The notes: a model not told the origin generated them from the letters alone. A DNA stretch of 64,000 bases from Rhodospirillales bacterium (GCA_018662225.1 JABJGO010000088.1:42830-106829), one strand, 5' to 3'. Counted from the first letter of the stretch, positions 20,631 to 29,645 are shown. Made by a program: numbers and translations.

Positions 20631-21731
20631 ATGGCGAAGCCGAACGTATTCAGAACCTGTGATACAGCCCTTATTTGGCCGCGCATGCCCAGTGCGGGTG
20701 ATGCCAGTATTCTGGTCATGGATATTCAACTGAGCCAAAGCCAGAGTTATGACGCCGAGCGGCTCCAGGCTTTGCAACTGAATCAGCTTAGTGGCCTCAT
20801 CGATCATGCCTTTGCCACCGTGCCGTTTTACCGGGACCGGCTGACTAGTGTTTGCACGGCAAGCGAGGCCACTAATCTCACCACGGGCCTCACAATAGAC
20901 ATGTGGCGACAGATACCCATTCTGAAGCGGGACGAGGTGGTGAAGGCGGGTGCCAAATTACAGTCCACGGCTGTACCATCATCGTTCGATCCGATTACGG
21001 GCGCATCCACATCGGGCACCACTGGTGATCCGGTAACAATCAAGAAAAGCAGTGTGGATCAACTGTTCTTTCACGCCAACCGTTTGAGGGCCCACCGATG
21101 GACGGGAGTCGAATTCTCTAAACCCATGGCTAACATCACTGTTCTGAATGCCCACACGAAAAAACTGGCCGATCAGAACAAAGCCGTGCCATGGGCCGCA
21201 GGGCATGTATCCGGCCCCATGTATTATTGCGACACCAACCGACCCGTTGATGACAAGATAGACTGGTTGCTCAAAACAAAAGTGGCCTATCTCATGACAT
21301 CGCCATCCAGTCTCAGGGACTTGATCACGAGGTCCAAAGCCCGCAATATTTCCTTCGAAACCTTGTCGCATATAATCTGCACGGGTGAGCCATTGAGCGG
21401 CGATACGCGCGCCCTTTGCGATGAGGAATGGAGCCTGCCTGTGTGGGATATCTATTCAACCCAGGAAGCCGGTATTATCGCTGCACAATGCCCCGACCAT
21501 GAGCACCTGCACACCATGGCGGAATCCCTGATGGTTGAGGTTCTCGACAATAACGACACGCCCTGCCAACCGGGACAGACAGGGCGGGTAGTCGTTACCC
21601 CGCTACAGAATTTCGTTATGCCCTTGATCAGATACGAAATTGGTGATCAAACCGAGGTAGGCGAAGCCGTGTGTTCTTGCGGAAGAGGCTTGCCCGTTAT
21701 TAAGCACATTCAAAGGGTGACGCCGTCATGA
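20631..21731 (+). CDS. Phenylacetate-CoA ligase/CapK-like adenylate-forming enzyme, apparently lacking the C-terminal subdomain
   Basis: Has TSGTTGDP (P-loop-like AMP motif), YSTQEAG and IRYEIGD. The ORF stops right where family members continue with the roughly 100-aa C-terminal lid. The start is uncertain (20580, 20631 or 20718). Confidence 0.6.
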   Translation: MAKPNVFRTCDTALIWPRMPSAGDASILVMDIQLSQSQSYDAERLQALQLNQLSGLIDHAFATVPFYRDRLTSVCTASEATNLTTGLTIDMWRQIPILKRDEVVKAGAKLQSTAVPSSFDPITGASTSGTTGDPVTIKKSSVDQLFFHANRLRAHRWTGVEFSKPMANITVLNAHTKKLADQNKAVPWAAGHVSGPMYYCDTNRPVDDKIDWLLKTKVAYLMTSPSSLRDLITRSKARNISFETLSHIICTGEPLSGDTRALCDEEWSLPVWDIYSTQEAGIIAAQCPDHEHLHTMAESLMVEVLDNNDTPCQPGQTGRVVVTPLQNFVMPLIRYEIGDQTEVGEAVCSCGRGLPVIKHIQRVTPS

Positions 21732-21738
21732 AACAGCC

Positions 21739-22635
21739 ATGAAACAAGAAGACATCCTAAAACACGAACCAACGGTGATCAGCAAAGCACAACGCCAGGG
21801 TTATTTCGATGATGGCTATATATGCCTGCCCCAGTTAATCAGTGCGGACTGGATTGAAAAGATCAATGCAGCCCTCGCCAAACAGATCGAAAACAGCCGA
21901 ACGTTGACCGAGTCCGAAGGGCCTTATGATCTGGAAGACGGGCATTGCTATGATGACCCGCGCCTGCGCCGAATTTCTTTCGTGGATGACTTAGACGCCG
22001 TGTTCTGGGAATTTGCCACTCAATCCATTCTACCCGATCTTGCCGCCGACATCATGGGGCCCAACATTTCATTTCGGGAATTCATGGTGAATTTCAAATG
22101 GTCTGGCGGCGGACAGGAAGTAAAGTGGCACCAGGACATTCCTTTTTATCCACACACCAATTTGTCACCGGCTCAATTTTTGGTCTTTCTTGATGATGTG
22201 GGCCCTGAACAGGGACCCTTGCAAGTCGTTCCCGGAAGCCACAAAGGCCCCGTCTATGATCACTATGATGATCAGGAAAACTGGGTCGGCTATATTCCGG
22301 ATGAACAACACGACAAGCTGGGGTTGGACAAGGCCCTTACGTTAACCGGCACAGCAGGCACGGTCAGTGTGCACCACTGCGCCACAGTTCATGGATCACG
22401 CCAGAATAACAGCCCGCAATCGCGCCCTGCATTGGTTATCGGCTATACGGCCGCCGATGCGGTGCCGTTTACAGCGGCGCCCTATCCGAGCACTCACTAT
22501 GGTGAAATCGTGCGCGGCGTTCGTACGGGGCGTGTCCATCAGGAAGCAACTGAGATGCGTATGCCGCCTGACTGGACACATGGTTACACATCCATCTTCT
22601 CTCACCAGAAAACTGACGACGTTACGATGGGGTAA
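21739..22635 (+). CDS. Phytanoyl-CoA dioxygenase (PhyH)-family Fe(II)/2-OG oxygenase
   Basis: 298 aa. WHQD (HxD) and a distal His in VHHCATVHGS, typical of the PhyH family. Confidence 0.8.
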   Translation: MKQEDILKHEPTVISKAQRQGYFDDGYICLPQLISADWIEKINAALAKQIENSRTLTESEGPYDLEDGHCYDDPRLRRISFVDDLDAVFWEFATQSILPDLAADIMGPNISFREFMVNFKWSGGGQEVKWHQDIPFYPHTNLSPAQFLVFLDDVGPEQGPLQVVPGSHKGPVYDHYDDQENWVGYIPDEQHDKLGLDKALTLTGTAGTVSVHHCATVHGSRQNNSPQSRPALVIGYTAADAVPFTAAPYPSTHYGEIVRGVRTGRVHQEATEMRMPPDWTHGYTSIFSHQKTDDVTMG

Positions 22636-22640
22636 GTATC

Positions 22641-23039
22641 ATGTTCGATCAACAAGTGACATTCCTCTATACCCGCGACCTGGATGCCAGCGCATTATTT
22701 TATGAGCAGACACTGGAACTCCCGCTGATCCTGGATCAGGGCGCCTGCCGGATATTCCAGTCCAGTCCCCACAGCTTTATTGGCGTATGTACATGCAGCG
22801 AAGAACGTCCATCTAACCCGGATGGTATCATTGTGACACTGGTATCAAACGATGTGGATGGATGGTACGATACACTGCGGTCGAAAGGCGTTATGTTCGA
22901 TACACCACCATCCGAAAATCCGGCCTACAATATCTATCACTGTTTCCTGAAAGATCCGGATGGCTATCAGATCGAAATTCAATCTTTCCGTGACGTCAAT
23001 TGGCCTGATACTGCCTCTGCCCCCGTAAACAAAACGTGA
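22641..23039 (+). CDS. VOC (glyoxalase/bleomycin resistance/dioxygenase) family protein
   Basis: 132 aa, beta-alpha-beta-beta-beta type. DPDGYQIEI near the C-terminus is characteristic of the family. Confidence 0.75.
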   Translation: MFDQQVTFLYTRDLDASALFYEQTLELPLILDQGACRIFQSSPHSFIGVCTCSEERPSNPDGIIVTLVSNDVDGWYDTLRSKGVMFDTPPSENPAYNIYHCFLKDPDGYQIEIQSFRDVNWPDTASAPVNKT

Positions 23040-23289
23040 TCGCGGCGGCATTATGGTTTCAGCTTGATGTAATCATAATAGAGTATCAGTGGGCGTTCAG
23101 ACATTCCAAGAACGTGCTGTGCGCGTCATCACATTAAGGTCAACTATCCATCTGTATACTTTCTTACAGTCTCGATATGTTGAAATATGTTGAAGTTCAC
23201 GCAGCGATCACCATGTGTACCGTCAGCACACACATTGCCATACAGATAATTTATTAACGTTTCGTACTAACACTTGGACAACAAGTAAA

Positions 23290-25476
23290 ATGGCGGGGTT
23301 ATTCGCGGCAAAAATCACGCATGGGATTTGGTGGGTTGAATTCTATGATGCTGATCTGACCATTTTATGTGGTGCCCCGGCGGATTCCGTCAAACACCTC
23401 ATGCGCCAGGGCTATATTATGCCACGCGAAATTGATGGGATTCGCACAGAATCCGGTCCCAACGCAATTTTGCTGTCTGACCTGCCCGTTCAAAACGGTA
23501 ATTTTTGTAATCTGGCAGAGTTCCCGGTCTTGCAAATGTTGTACCGGCAGGGAATGGCCTTGCCCGGTCACCCCAACAACACGGGTATCAAACCGCTACT
23601 GATTGGTCATGAAGACCAGGTCAATGCTCAGATGAACTATATCTACCGGGGTAATTACGGCCTGATCTCTGAGGAAGAGATTATCGCCACTGGTATTTCA
23701 CCCGAAGTCGCCCGTGACATGATGCGTATCAAACTGCACTTTGCCTTTGGCAGCATCAAACCCACGGAAGATTTTCTCGACACGTGTGTTGTGGACAAGG
23801 ACCCCGTCGAGATCAGAAACGGGGTATACGTCAAACGACTGCGGCTCAACGTGTATGAATTCTCATATAACGGGGAAACAATTGAAATCGACCTCAACCT
23901 CAAAGAGGGAGAGAATGTACCGCCCCCATTCCCACTTGGTTTCCATACGATTGAACGCGATTACTTTTCTGTGGTTCATTCCGGGAATGGCGATGGATGG
24001 GATATCAACCGCCCGGCCATGTCTTCGATCCTGATCTATCAGGGTCGTATTTTCCTGATTGATGCAGGGCCCAACATTGAAGCCGGCCTCAAGTCGCTGG
24101 GCATCGGTGTCAATGAAATCGAAGGCGTCTTTCATACCCATGCCCATGACGATCATTTAGCCGGCATTACATCTATTATCCGGACGGGTCGCAAACTTGA
24201 TTATTATGCTACCCCACTTGTTCGTGCGTCCGTGTTCAAGAAGTTGTCTGCCCTGATGAGTCGGGATGAGTCAGATTTCGAAAACTTCTTCAATGTGCGC
24301 GATTTGACATTTGATGAGTGGAATCCGATTGGCGGACTTTCCGTTAAACCTATTTACTCACCACATCCGGTTGAAACCAGTATCATGGAATTTCGAGCCT
24401 TGGGACCGGATGGTTATCGCACCTATGCCCACCTGGCCGACATTACCTCGTTCGATGTTCTTGAGGGCATGGTTACCGAGAACGATAGCGCACCGGGCAT
24501 ATCAAGAGAACACTGTGAGAAAATAAAGAAACAATATCTCAACAAGGTCTGTGTTAAGAAAATTGATGCGGGCGGCGGCATGATTCATGGTGAGCCAGAA
24601 GATTTTGCCAATGACCCATCCGGCAAAATTATTCTTTCACACCGCGCCGCGCCGTTTTCCGAACACGAAAAGGAAATCGGCTCTGGTGCGCCATTCGGAA
24701 CAGCCGAGCGTCTGATCGAATCCCATCAGGATTTCTCACGCCGGAACGCTTTCCATTACCTGCGGGGCTATTTCCCGGAATCCGACCCGGAAGAAATTCG
24801 AGGGTTGCTGAATAACCGAACCCTGAATTTCAACCCGGAGGCAAATGTCCTTGAAAAGGGCGACAGCCCCTCAAGCGTGTACCTGCTGATTTCCGGTACG
24901 GTTGAATCCTTCAATGCTGAAGATGATTTCAAAGCACAGATTACCGCCGGGGCCCTGATCGGTGAAACATCGTGCCTAACCGACAGGCCTTCATTCCGTA
25001 CCTACCGAACGTCAAGTTTTGTAACGGTCCTTCAAATCTCGTCAGTACAATACAAGGAATTCGTTCGTATTAATGATCTCCAAAGTACACTCAGCGAGGC
25101 CCGTGGGCGAAAATCCGTACTGGGAAAATGCTCGCTTTTCCGCGAATTCATCTCGCCGGTTGTTTTCTCAGCACTGGCCCGCAACGCACGGCTAGTAATC
25201 GTCAAAGCGGGCACAGATGTGCCGTTGACCGATGAAGATCACATTTATGTTGTGGCCAAGGGTCGATTGAACAGAATGCTTGAAGGTGAAATATACGAGA
25301 CTCTGGAGCTTGGGGATTTTTATGGCGAGGAAGCAAGTTTCATTCAGGTCCCAACCTCTTTTCATATGCATGCTGAAGAAGATGTCGAGGTCTACGCCAT
25401 TTCGGTCGAGGGCCTGAAAGATATCCCCGTCGTGCGCTGGAAAATCATCGAAACCCACGAACGCCGCCGCCGTTAA
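23290..25476 (+). CDS. Multidomain protein: unknown N-terminal domain + MBL-fold hydrolase + two cyclic-nucleotide-binding (CAP-effector) domains
   Basis: MBL motif HTHAHDDH. Two cNMP-binding-like segments (GALIGETSCLTDRPSFRTY; GDFYGEEASF). Start set at MAGLF (23290). Confidence 0.75.
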   Translation: MAGLFAAKITHGIWWVEFYDADLTILCGAPADSVKHLMRQGYIMPREIDGIRTESGPNAILLSDLPVQNGNFCNLAEFPVLQMLYRQGMALPGHPNNTGIKPLLIGHEDQVNAQMNYIYRGNYGLISEEEIIATGISPEVARDMMRIKLHFAFGSIKPTEDFLDTCVVDKDPVEIRNGVYVKRLRLNVYEFSYNGETIEIDLNLKEGENVPPPFPLGFHTIERDYFSVVHSGNGDGWDINRPAMSSILIYQGRIFLIDAGPNIEAGLKSLGIGVNEIEGVFHTHAHDDHLAGITSIIRTGRKLDYYATPLVRASVFKKLSALMSRDESDFENFFNVRDLTFDEWNPIGGLSVKPIYSPHPVETSIMEFRALGPDGYRTYAHLADITSFDVLEGMVTENDSAPGISREHCEKIKKQYLNKVCVKKIDAGGGMIHGEPEDFANDPSGKIILSHRAAPFSEHEKEIGSGAPFGTAERLIESHQDFSRRNAFHYLRGYFPESDPEEIRGLLNNRTLNFNPEANVLEKGDSPSSVYLLISGTVESFNAEDDFKAQITAGALIGETSCLTDRPSFRTYRTSSFVTVLQISSVQYKEFVRINDLQSTLSEARGRKSVLGKCSLFREFISPVVFSALARNARLVIVKAGTDVPLTDEDHIYVVAKGRLNRMLEGEIYETLELGDFYGEEASFIQVPTSFHMHAEEDVEVYAISVEGLKDIPVVRWKIIETHERRRR

Positions 25477-25515
25477 ATCACGCGCAGAAGGCATAATCGA
25501 CTACTGACAAAACTT

Positions 25516-26232
25516 TCAGGTCTTTTTTGATGCCTCATATCGGGCTTTGGTTTCCTCGTCCATAGGATAGAGCCCCGGCAACGATGCGCCGTTCTGTACC
25601 TCTTCCATAATCCATTCTTCCACGCGTTCCTGTTCCGGCGCTTCGGCGAGGACGTGGTCCAGTAAAGCCTGCGGGATAATGACCGCACCGTCCGCATCCG
25701 CCACAACAATATCGTCCGGGAAAACAGCAACGCCGCCGCACCCAATGGGTTCCTGCCAGCTAACGAACGTTAGGCCCGCCACGGAGGGCGGCGCAGCGGC
25801 ACCCTGGCACCAAACGGAAAGGCCTGTGCCGAGCACACCATCCACATCGCGCAATACCCCATCCGTAACCAGGCCGGATACCGCACGCTTTGCCATGCGC
25901 GCGCATAGTATATCGCCGAAAATACCCGCGTCCGTCACCCCCATGGCGTCTGTCACGACAACACAACCGCTGGGCATCGCTTCGATAGCTGCCCGGGTTG
26001 AGATAGGTGATGACCAGGATGCCGGCGTGGACAGGTCTTCGCGGGCAGGAACGAATCGTAGGGTAAAAGCGGGGCCAACCACGCGAGGTTGATCTGCTGA
26101 CAAGGGCGCCGTGCCACGCATCCACACATTGCGCAGCCCTTTTTTAAGCAACACCGTTGTAATGGTGGCCGTCGTCACATGTTGCAGAATGTTGATTGCG
26201 CCGGGGGTAATTGAGTTGGGGGTGGTTGCCAT
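25516..26232 (-). CDS. RraA-family protein (RraA / 4-hydroxy-4-methyl-2-oxoglutarate aldolase-like)
   Basis: Conserved GDILCARMAKRAVSGLVTDGVLRD core. Start set at MATTPN. Confidence 0.8.
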   Translation of the reverse strand: MATTPNSITPGAINILQHVTTATITTVLLKKGLRNVWMRGTAPLSADQPRVVGPAFTLRFVPAREDLSTPASWSSPISTRAAIEAMPSGCVVVTDAMGVTDAGIFGDILCARMAKRAVSGLVTDGVLRDVDGVLGTGLSVWCQGAAAPPSVAGLTFVSWQEPIGCGGVAVFPDDIVVADADGAVIIPQALLDHVLAEAPEQERVEEWIMEEVQNGASLPGLYPMDEETKARYEASKKT

Positions 26233-26333
26233 GTGGAGCCCTTCAAATGCTGTCACGATCTGAAAGGAAGTATGAGGCAACAGATACTTTGATCAAGCGC
26301 TTCCATAAGAGGGGCGACTAAAAAGGGGGGCGA

Positions 26334-26540
26334 TTAATAATCGCAAACATCCACAACCTTTTGCGCCCGTTTTTTGGCAATGGCTTTGACTCTTTCTTTG
26401 ATCATCCCCAGCAACCAGTTGTTATGTCCGGTATCGGCCCCGCCGTACTGGCAACTGGAACGGCGATACTCAAACCTGACCGCCAAAAAGATGGCGATAA
26501 ATACACATATCGTGCCAAGTATAATTGTCGTATTGTCCAT
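26334..26540 (-). CDS. Hypothetical small membrane protein
   Basis: 68 aa with one N-terminal TM (IILGTICVFIAIFLAV). Supported only by ORF length and position. Confidence 0.35.
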   Translation of the reverse strand: MDNTTIILGTICVFIAIFLAVRFEYRRSSCQYGGADTGHNNWLLGMIKERVKAIAKKRAQKVVDVCDY

Positions 26541-26672
26541 TGCCAGGGTGCTCCTTTAGTATTCGTCGTGTCATATGAGGGTATTCTACACGTCTATCAA
26601 GGATTAACAGTGATGAAAGTCACTTCGTTACGCATAAATCTAATCGTTCCACATTCGCAATAAGGATATGTA

Positions 26673-27632
26673 ATGAAAGACAATGATAAGTTCCAGCCGG
26701 TTGATCCTGCTGAATCCCCCAGATTTGCTGGTGTTGCCACATTTTTACGCACGGTTACCCATGAAATCACCGAAAATGTAGATATTGGTTTCGTAGGCGT
26801 TCCTTTCGATTTGGGGCTGAACTATCGCACCGGTGCCCGCCAGGGCCCCGCCGGCGTGCGTGAGGCGTCCCGCATCATCCGACGGGTTCACCCCACAAGC
26901 GGCATCAGACCCTTCGATGTGTGTAACGTGGCTGATCTGGGCGACACCCCCATCAACCCCATGAGCAAAGACAAATCTATCGATGGTATCCAGGCATTCT
27001 TTGAACGCCTTAAGGCCGCGGGTATTACCCCTATTGCCATCGGTGGGGATCACACCATCCCCCTCCCCATTATCCGGGCGCTGGCGGCGGACGAAAAAGT
27101 GGGCATCCTGCATTTCGACGCCCACGCAGACACCCTGGACGAGTTGTGTGGTGACAAGATCAACCACGCCACGTTCATGCGCCGGGGCGTGGAAGAAGGC
27201 CTGATTGATCCAAATCGGGTGATCCAGCTGGGCCTGCGCGGCAGCCGCTTCACCGGCGCCGAAGATATCCAGTATGGCTACGATGCCGGATTCGAAATCA
27301 TTACCATGGACGATTACGAAGACATGGGCCGCGCCGCGGCAATTGAGAAAATCGGCGAAGTCCTGGGTGATGGACCGGTGTATATATCGCTGGATATTGA
27401 CGGCCTTGATCCGGCCTTCCTGCCGGGGACGGGCGTGCCGGAGATTGGTGGCCTGATACCCCGTGATGTACAGGTTATCCTGCGCTCCTTGCGCGGCAAA
27501 AAGATCGTCGGCGCCGACATCAGCGAAGTATCACCATGCTTCGATCCCACCGGTATCACGTGCATTACCGTGGCAAACCTGATGTTCGAGATGCTGTGCG
27601 TCACCGCCGATTATATCGACGGAAACCGCTGA
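26673..27632 (+). CDS. Ureohydrolase (agmatinase/guanidino-acid hydrolase family)
   Basis: Mn-binding motifs GGDHTI, FDAHADT and SLDIDGLDP. Confidence 0.85.
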   Translation: MKDNDKFQPVDPAESPRFAGVATFLRTVTHEITENVDIGFVGVPFDLGLNYRTGARQGPAGVREASRIIRRVHPTSGIRPFDVCNVADLGDTPINPMSKDKSIDGIQAFFERLKAAGITPIAIGGDHTIPLPIIRALAADEKVGILHFDAHADTLDELCGDKINHATFMRRGVEEGLIDPNRVIQLGLRGSRFTGAEDIQYGYDAGFEIITMDDYEDMGRAAAIEKIGEVLGDGPVYISLDIDGLDPAFLPGTGVPEIGGLIPRDVQVILRSLRGKKIVGADISEVSPCFDPTGITCITVANLMFEMLCVTADYIDGNR

Positions 27633-27674
27633 CGATCAGATCATGCTCAATGAAATAATGGCCGGAGATACAGG

Positions 27675-28061
27675 ATGCCCATCACACCCGTAAAAGATTT
27701 GGTCGCGGCGGCCAAGTCAGAGATTGCCACACTACCAGCTTCGGACGCCGAAGCGGCCCATGCTGACCCGAATACACTATTCGTTGATATCCGGGACGTT
27801 CGTGAACTGGCCCGTGACGGCCGCATTCCCGGTGCCATGCACGCGCCGCGCGGCATGCTGGAATTCTGGGTCGATCCGGCAAGCCCCTATCACAAAACGG
27901 AATTCGCCTCCGGCAAACGCCTGGTGCTTTTCTGTGCGTCCAGCTGGCGCTCAGCCCTCGCCACCAAGACGCTTCAAGACATGGGTCTGGAAAACGTTTT
28001 TGAGCTGGACGGCGGCTTCAACGCCTGGCGCGACGCGGGATTGCCGGTCGAGACGGGGTGA
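27675..28061 (+). CDS. Rhodanese-domain sulfurtransferase
   Basis: 128 aa with active-site loop CASSWRS. Confidence 0.8.
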   Translation: MPITPVKDLVAAAKSEIATLPASDAEAAHADPNTLFVDIRDVRELARDGRIPGAMHAPRGMLEFWVDPASPYHKTEFASGKRLVLFCASSWRSALATKTLQDMGLENVFELDGGFNAWRDAGLPVETG

Positions 28062-28233
28062 TTGGTTGTAATGTTTTGGGGTAAGTGGCGGAGGGAGCGT
28101 CTGCCGTGTCACGCAATAACTTACTGATAATGTTTATTAAATTAGTCAGTTCATTTCTAGCCCCACATGCAGCCCCACATCGTGAGCGCCCTTTGGCCGT
28201 ATTGTTCTCGCACTGCGCGCCCGCTGCGCCCCA

Positions 28234-28437
28234 GCCTGTAAGAGCCACCCTCTCGCCACCCGTCAGTTCGATTCCCAGTTCAGTCGTCGCTGAGTGGCTT
28301 GTGGCTTCGTGTTACAAACTTAACAGTGATGTATGGAAAGGGCGACGGGGGGGGCACATGGACTGGAAATTATGACCGGGGGGCCTTATTAGATATGCCT
28401 CTTGAACCACAGGGTGTTTCTAGGTCGTGTAAAGTTT
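28234..28437. repeat. Copy A of a diverged ~200-bp direct repeat (noncoding, conserved blocks)
   Basis: Aligns by eye with 28857-29057 in shared blocks: GCCTGTAAGAG, CAGTTCGAWTCCCAGTTC, CTTARCAGTGATG, TGGACTGRAAATTATGACCGGGGGGCCT and CAGGGTGTTTYTAGGTCGTGTAAAGTTT. Confidence 0.7.
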
Positions 28438-28438
28438 T

Positions 28439-28642
28439 TCATCTTTCCCTTATTTTCAAAATCAGAAAACCAAGAAACATCCAACCTATGTAGATAGGCC
28501 AAACTATCGCGATCATCCAACAAATCAAGATTTTAGAACAAAATTCAACTAAGCCATTTATAGGTCCTTTGTTAGTGACCCATGCGTGGATGAACGCGGG
28601 GATAAGCCCCAGAACCCATATGATCCCCACAATGACTCCCAT
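28439..28642 (-). CDS. Hypothetical small (67 aa) hydrophobic membrane protein
   Basis: ATG at 28642 is preceded by GGAGG with a 5-nt spacer. Two or three hydrophobic segments. The gene is visibly AT-rich and sits between the two repeat copies. Confidence 0.45.
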   Translation of the reverse strand: MGVIVGIIWVLGLIPAFIHAWVTNKGPINGLVEFCSKILICWMIAIVWPIYIGWMFLGFLILKIRER

Positions 28643-28744
28643 AATATCCTCCCTCACTAAGACCCTGACGAACTTTGTAAGTTCTTTCTTTCCTCGCCAC
28701 CCTAGTAGCGGATTGATGTTGGAAACATCATTCATTCGAGTATA

Positions 28745-28764
28745 GAGCTATCGCGAGATAGCTC
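28745..28764. other. Perfect 8-bp stem with a 4-nt loop: GAGCTATC-GCGA-GATAGCTC
   Basis: Read directly from the sequence. It lies about 100 nt upstream of the small membrane-protein gene. Confidence 0.4.
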
Positions 28765-28856
28765 AACGACTCAAGAATGTTGGGCCGGGTTGGTATATTT
28801 ACAGAATAGACGCGTAGATATAAACTGCTGGTCTCTCCCTTATCTGATGTGCCTCT

Positions 28857-29057
28857 GCCTGTAAGAGACGCCCCCTAACCAGTTGCCAGTTCGAATCCCA
28901 GTTCTGTCGTGGCTGTGCCACTTGTGTCTTGATGCGCTGCACTTAGCAGTGATGCTGAGAAGCTGGACGTGCCCCCCTTGGACTGAGAATTATGACCGGG
29001 GGGCCTATATAGGATTTCATCTCTCTCCGCAGGGTGTTTTTAGGTCGTGTAAAGTTT
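28857..29057. repeat. Copy B of the diverged ~200-bp direct repeat
   Basis: Same conserved blocks as 28234-28437. Contains three CCAGTT iterations and a C6/G6 hairpin. Confidence 0.7.
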
Positions 29058-29420
29058 GGTGGTGGTCCAGTCTTCGGCCCATACAGCGCCGTCGGTTGAT
29101 TAGGTGGGTCTGGTGCCTGTCGGTGTGTGATGCGACTCAGTGACTCTTAAAACGACTCACAGCGTTATTGTATGGGTGGTGGTTCGCTAGAGAAACGTCT
29201 GTGCGCAGTGGCAATAGCAGACATTGAATGTCCGCTTAGCTCTCGATAACAGGCATATTTTGTGACCATTAAACATTTCCGAGAATAGCCAGAAGCGGAG
29301 GTTTGGGAAACGGCAAAATTGCCACAGATTACGCCTGCTTTCGCCCCAAGGCAGACATACGTATACGCCATTAACACAGTATTTTTTGGTTCAAACATCT
29401 TATGCAATCATGGTCACATT

Positions 29421-29645
29421 CTAAACAGCTTTAGTTGGCCTGTCGGTCATCTTCGACGCAACGCGCTCAAACCCCAGATCGCTCAGATCATGCTCGTTAA
29501 CAAATATATTGACCACACGGACAGGGTTGTCTTCGCAGATACTGTCATCAAGTCGCTCAAGGAATAAGGCGCGCTGGCTACGGTCTTCACCTTCAATAAG
29601 ACGCTTTATGAAATCTTCTCCAGAACGGTGGAAAAACAATATCAC
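29421..29645 (-). pseudogene. IS1182/IS5-type transposase N-terminal remnant (truncated after about 70 aa)
   Basis: The translation KRLIEGEDRSQRALFLERLDDSICEDNPVRVVNIFVNEHDLSDLGFERV matches the conserved N-terminus of IS1182-family transposases. No catalytic DDE region follows. Confidence 0.6.

Noticed and set aside
28261-28285. tRNA-like T-loop sequence (CAGTTCGATTCCCAG; GCCAGTTCGAATCCCAG in the second copy at 28887-28903), suggesting a tRNA or tmRNA 3' fragment or att site.
   Set aside because: The flanking bases do not form a T-stem (GTCAG vs CCCAG, GCCAG vs CCCAG). I could not fold an acceptor or anticodon arm upstream. It is treated as part of the unexplained repeat rather than as a tRNA.
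28299-29143. ORFs 28299-28493 and 28883-29143, which share peptide islands (NYDRGA, PQGV.RSCKV) and could be a duplicated small gene.
   Set aside because: The similarity comes from identical nucleotide blocks, including third codon positions. These blocks are separated by indel-rich segments that break collinearity. There is no RBS, and the N- and C-terminal parts are unrelated. Noncoding conservation is more likely.
29165-29407. 80-aa ORF next to the transposase remnant, possibly the IS1182 transposase C-terminus (..AIATAHRRF resembling ..AHNL.R).
   Set aside because: The similarity is too weak to support by eye and no DDE motif is present. I did not call it as a feature and mention it only as part of the degraded IS zone.
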